From positions 12,597-76,596 of the forward strand of contig JADHME010000001.1 of the NCBI GenBank assembly GCA_016780245.1: a DNA stretch of 64,000 bases. Reading direction: 5' to 3'. Below the pieces are notes generated by a model. The model ran no database searches. It was not told the DNA's origin and saw only the letters and a program-made list of their open reading frames with translations. Within the stretch, counting starts at the first letter, position 1. The number at the start of each line of letters is the position of its first letter. Shown piece after piece: positions 61,272-64,000 of the stretch. The position numbers and the translations under genes are program-made. The DNA is from Flavobacteriaceae bacterium (lineage in GTDB: Bacteria; Bacteroidota; Bacteroidia; Flavobacteriales; Flavobacteriaceae).

Positions 61272-62651
61272 ATGGATCATAAAGATATTGATAAAGTAAT
61301 TGAATCTCAAGTAAAATTTGTTAAAGACAACTCTAACTCTGTCAGTAATAGGATTCAAATCTTAAACTCATTATTAATATCAATAAAACATAATGAGTCA
61401 AGAATTTATGAGGCACTAAAACAAGATCTAAACAAACATGAGTTTGAGTCTTTTTTATCTGAAATACTTCTTGTTAAAAAAGAGATTAAATTATTTGTAA
61501 GAAAACTTAGAAGTTGGTCAAAAAAAAAGAGAGTTAGTGGTTCTATTCTAAATTTTCCTTCAGGGAATTATCTGATACCTGAGCCATATGGAAATGTTTT
61601 GATTATAACTCCATGGAATTATCCATTTCAACTATCCCTAACACCCTTAATTGGAGCTATTGCTGCAGGAAATGCTGTAATAATAAAACCATCTGAACTA
61701 GCTCCAGCAACATCTAGGGTTCTAAAAGAATTGATTGATTCTGTATTCCCCCAAAATTTGGCAACTGTTATTGAGGGAGATGCAGGTATTGCTAAATATT
61801 TATTAGATAAGAAATGGGATTATATATTTTTTACTGGTAGCACAAGAATAGGAAAAATTATAGCTGAAAAAGCTGCAAAAAATTTAACTCCAATTACTTT
61901 AGAACTTGGAGGAAAAAGCCCATGTATAGTAGATTCAGGAGTAGATATAGACAAGGTTGCTAAAAGAATCGTTTCCGGAAAGTTTGTTAATTGTGGTCAA
62001 ACATGTATTGCTCCAGATTACATTGTTGTCAATCAACATGTTAAATCTGATCTTATTTCAGCTATTAAAGAGAACATTATAAAGACATTTGGTAATAAAC
62101 CTATAGAATCTGAAAGCTATGGAAGAATTATCAATACAAACAACCTAATAAGACTTGAAAATATTATTAAAGATCAAGTTATTGAGTTTGGCGGGAAAAT
62201 CAATATGGATAAACTATATATTGAACCAACAATAATTGTTGATCCTCAAATTGATTCTGAAATAATGAATGAAGAAATTTTTGGACCAATTTTGCCTATT
62301 TTGTCATACGATAATGAAAGCGAAATTAAAAATATTCTTGACACAAACCCAACACCTCTTGCATTCTATATTTTTTCTAAAAATCAAATGTTTATTGATA
62401 ACCTAATAGAAAACAATAAATTTGGTGGCTGTGTTATTAACGATACTTTAATTCATTACATTAATCCAAATCTTCCATTTGGAGGTATTGGTGATAGTGG
62501 AATGGGAGCTTATAGGGGTAAATTTAGTTTTAATACTTTCTCACATCAAAAGCCAGTTTTAATAAAAAAAAATATGATAGACATACCTTTTAGATATGGT
62601 CCTTATCCAAAATCTTTCAATTTTATAAGAAAAATTCTTGAAAAAATATAA
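61272..62651 (+). CDS. aldehyde dehydrogenase, class 3-like NAD(P)+ dependent
   Basis: Canonical LELGGKSP and catalytic NCGQTCIAPDY motifs. 459 aa. Confidence 0.85.
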   Translation: MDHKDIDKVIESQVKFVKDNSNSVSNRIQILNSLLISIKHNESRIYEALKQDLNKHEFESFLSEILLVKKEIKLFVRKLRSWSKKKRVSGSILNFPSGNYLIPEPYGNVLIITPWNYPFQLSLTPLIGAIAAGNAVIIKPSELAPATSRVLKELIDSVFPQNLATVIEGDAGIAKYLLDKKWDYIFFTGSTRIGKIIAEKAAKNLTPITLELGGKSPCIVDSGVDIDKVAKRIVSGKFVNCGQTCIAPDYIVVNQHVKSDLISAIKENIIKTFGNKPIESESYGRIINTNNLIRLENIIKDQVIEFGGKINMDKLYIEPTIIVDPQIDSEIMNEEIFGPILPILSYDNESEIKNILDTNPTPLAFYIFSKNQMFIDNLIENNKFGGCVINDTLIHYINPNLPFGGIGDSGMGAYRGKFSFNTFSHQKPVLIKKNMIDIPFRYGPYPKSFNFIRKILEKI

Positions 62652-62652
62652 G

Positions 62653-63369
62653 ATGGAGAAGACAGTCACTGATGCGATTGAATTTAGAAGATCTGTAAGA
62701 AAATTTGACCCCAAAAAAGATCTTGATATAGATATTGTCAAGAAATGTATTATTAATGCTACTCTAGCACCGACTAGCTCTAACTTACAACTTTGGGAAT
62801 TTTATCATATAACTGATAAAAATTTATTAGGTAAAATTTCAGAATGTTGTTTTAGTCAACCTGCTGCAAAAACTGCAAAACAAATTGTTGTAACTGTAGT
62901 TAGAAAAGATTTGTGGAAAAGTAGAGCAAATGATAATTTAAATTTTTTTAAATCAAAAAAAGATTCACTTTCTGAGAAGCAATTCAATTTGACTAAGAGA
63001 TATTATAAAAAGGTTATTCCTTTTGTATATAAAGATTTTTTCGGAATTCTTAGTCTATGTAAATACTTGTTTGCCTACATAGTTGGATTTTTTAGAGTTA
63101 TGTACAGACAACTTAATAGATCTGATTCAAGAATTATTGCACATAAAAGCGCTGCTTTAGCATCTCAAAATTTCATGATAAGTATGGCAGGATTTAGTTA
63201 TGACACGTGCCCTATGGAGGGATTTGACTCTGTTAAAGTAAAAAGAATCTTAAACCTTAACTCAAAATCAGAAATTAATATGATAATTGGATGTGGTATA
63301 AGACTTGAAGAAGGTGTTTATGGAGAAAGGTTTAGAATTCCTTTTGAAAAAGTCTATTATAAAAGATAA
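62653..63369 (+). CDS. nitroreductase family protein
   Basis: N-terminal AIEFRRSVRKF and APTSSNLQLWEF motifs. ATG 62653 is preferred over the TTG at 62638, which overlaps the upstream gene. Confidence 0.75.
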   Translation: MEKTVTDAIEFRRSVRKFDPKKDLDIDIVKKCIINATLAPTSSNLQLWEFYHITDKNLLGKISECCFSQPAAKTAKQIVVTVVRKDLWKSRANDNLNFFKSKKDSLSEKQFNLTKRYYKKVIPFVYKDFFGILSLCKYLFAYIVGFFRVMYRQLNRSDSRIIAHKSAALASQNFMISMAGFSYDTCPMEGFDSVKVKRILNLNSKSEINMIIGCGIRLEEGVYGERFRIPFEKVYYKR

Positions 63370-63378
63370 GTCTGGATA

Positions 63379-64000
63379 TTATAACTTAGATTCTTCAATA
63401 GATTTCTCAAGCCAATTTTGAAAATTTTTATCGGAGGTAAACTGAATTGGTTCTGACAAAATTTTACCAGAAGGGAGCATGGCAACATAGTATGGCTGAG
63501 AAGCATTATTAAAATTTATTTGCTGAAAAAGAGACCATCTCCTTCCAATGTTATTTATATATTGAATTCTTCCAGATTTATTAATGTATTTAAATTTCTC
63601 AATATCTGAAAGCTTAGTTCTATCATCTACGTATAAGGAAATTATTACATAATTATTATCTAACAACTCGTATATTTTTGGCTTTGACCATACATTTTCC
63701 TCCATTCGTCTACAGTTGGCACAAGCCCAACCTGTAAAGTCTAATAATATAATTTTATTATTCTCAATAGCATAATCTTTTCCTTCATCATAACTTTTAA
63801 AACAATTTAGCCCAAGAGGACATTCGCTCTGTTTTTCTTCAATAGAATAAAACTCAGGTGGAAGAATACCACTTAAGAGTCTAACATTTTTACTATCATA
63901 TAATCCACTTAGTAAGTAAATTGAAAACAACAAAAACAACCATCCTGAGATGCTTTTATAATTAAACTTTAACTTACCAAAATAGGATCCAAATAGATAG
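63379..64000 (-). CDS. dsbD: thiol:disulfide interchange protein DsbD-like, C-terminal part (truncated by window edge)
   Basis: Thioredoxin-like C-terminal domain with FTGWACANCRRME. The frame stays open upstream of the track start (…YFGKLKFNYKSISGW-LFLLFSIYLL…) to position 64000, so the gene continues beyond the window. Confidence 0.65.
   Translation of the reverse strand, partial: YLFGSYFGKLKFNYKSISGWLFLLFSIYLLSGLYDSKNVRLLSGILPPEFYSIEEKQSECPLGLNCFKSYDEGKDYAIENNKIILLDFTGWACANCRRMEENVWSKPKIYELLDNNYVIISLYVDDRTKLSDIEKFKYINKSGRIQYINNIGRRWSLFQQINFNNASQPYYVAMLPSGKILSEPIQFTSDKNFQNWLEKSIEESKL

Noticed and set aside
1-64000. CRISPR arrays, tRNA/rRNA genes, tmRNA/RNase P/SRP RNA, riboswitches, IS elements, toxin-antitoxin or defence systems.
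   Set aside because: No spacer is longer than about 210 bp and almost all are AT-rich without cloverleaf-capable or GC-rich segments. I saw no regularly spaced direct repeats, no transposase or phage-like proteins, and no nuclease/ATPase/methyltransferase-type defence gene sets. A manual read cannot exclude short dispersed repeats, which a self-alignment dot plot would settle.

Overview
This is a visibly AT-rich, very gene-dense stretch of a Bacteroidota (Flavobacteriia-like) chromosome. The evidence is the bamD-rpoZ-coaBC-recN block, the ~600-aa S1, a CarboxypepD_reg + beta-barrel outer-membrane protein, and recurrent TAnnTTTG '-7' promoter boxes in front of genes. I call about 63 CDS, nearly all housekeeping. 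They cover translation (rpsA, rplS, thrS-infC-rpmI-rplT, trmD, prmC), replication and repair (dnaA, ligA, recN, xerD) and proteostasis (lon, dnaK, an HtrA-like protease). They also include the TCA genes lpdA, icd and fumC, cofactor genes (coaBC, coaE, ribD, panB), and a convergent leu/ilv branched-chain amino-acid supercluster. I see no rRNA, tRNA, CRISPR, transposase, prophage or defence island. By eye the composition looks uniform, with no obvious horizontally acquired block. Two genes are missing from the ORF track. One is infC, which uses a non-AUG start. The other is a 41-aa Cys-containing hydrophobic ORF between recN and fabI. The best candidate for something undescribed is a two-gene module at 39.2-41.5 kb. 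It encodes a PAS sensor domain fused to a MenA-like UbiA membrane prenyltransferase, translationally coupled (TAATG) to a CPBP/CAAX-type intramembrane protease. A MenI/YdiI-like thioesterase lies just upstream. Other points worth a second look:
- a gene-orientation switch at dnaA without recognisable DnaA boxes
- a perfect 23-bp palindrome in the dnaK/panB divergent promoter
- an ECF sigma / membrane protein / LTXXQ-repeat / beta-barrel envelope cluster
- a GapN-like aldehyde dehydrogenase appended to the ilv operon
- a promoter geometry implying a nearly leaderless rpsA mRNA

All functional calls come from motif recognition by eye and none has been checked by a search.
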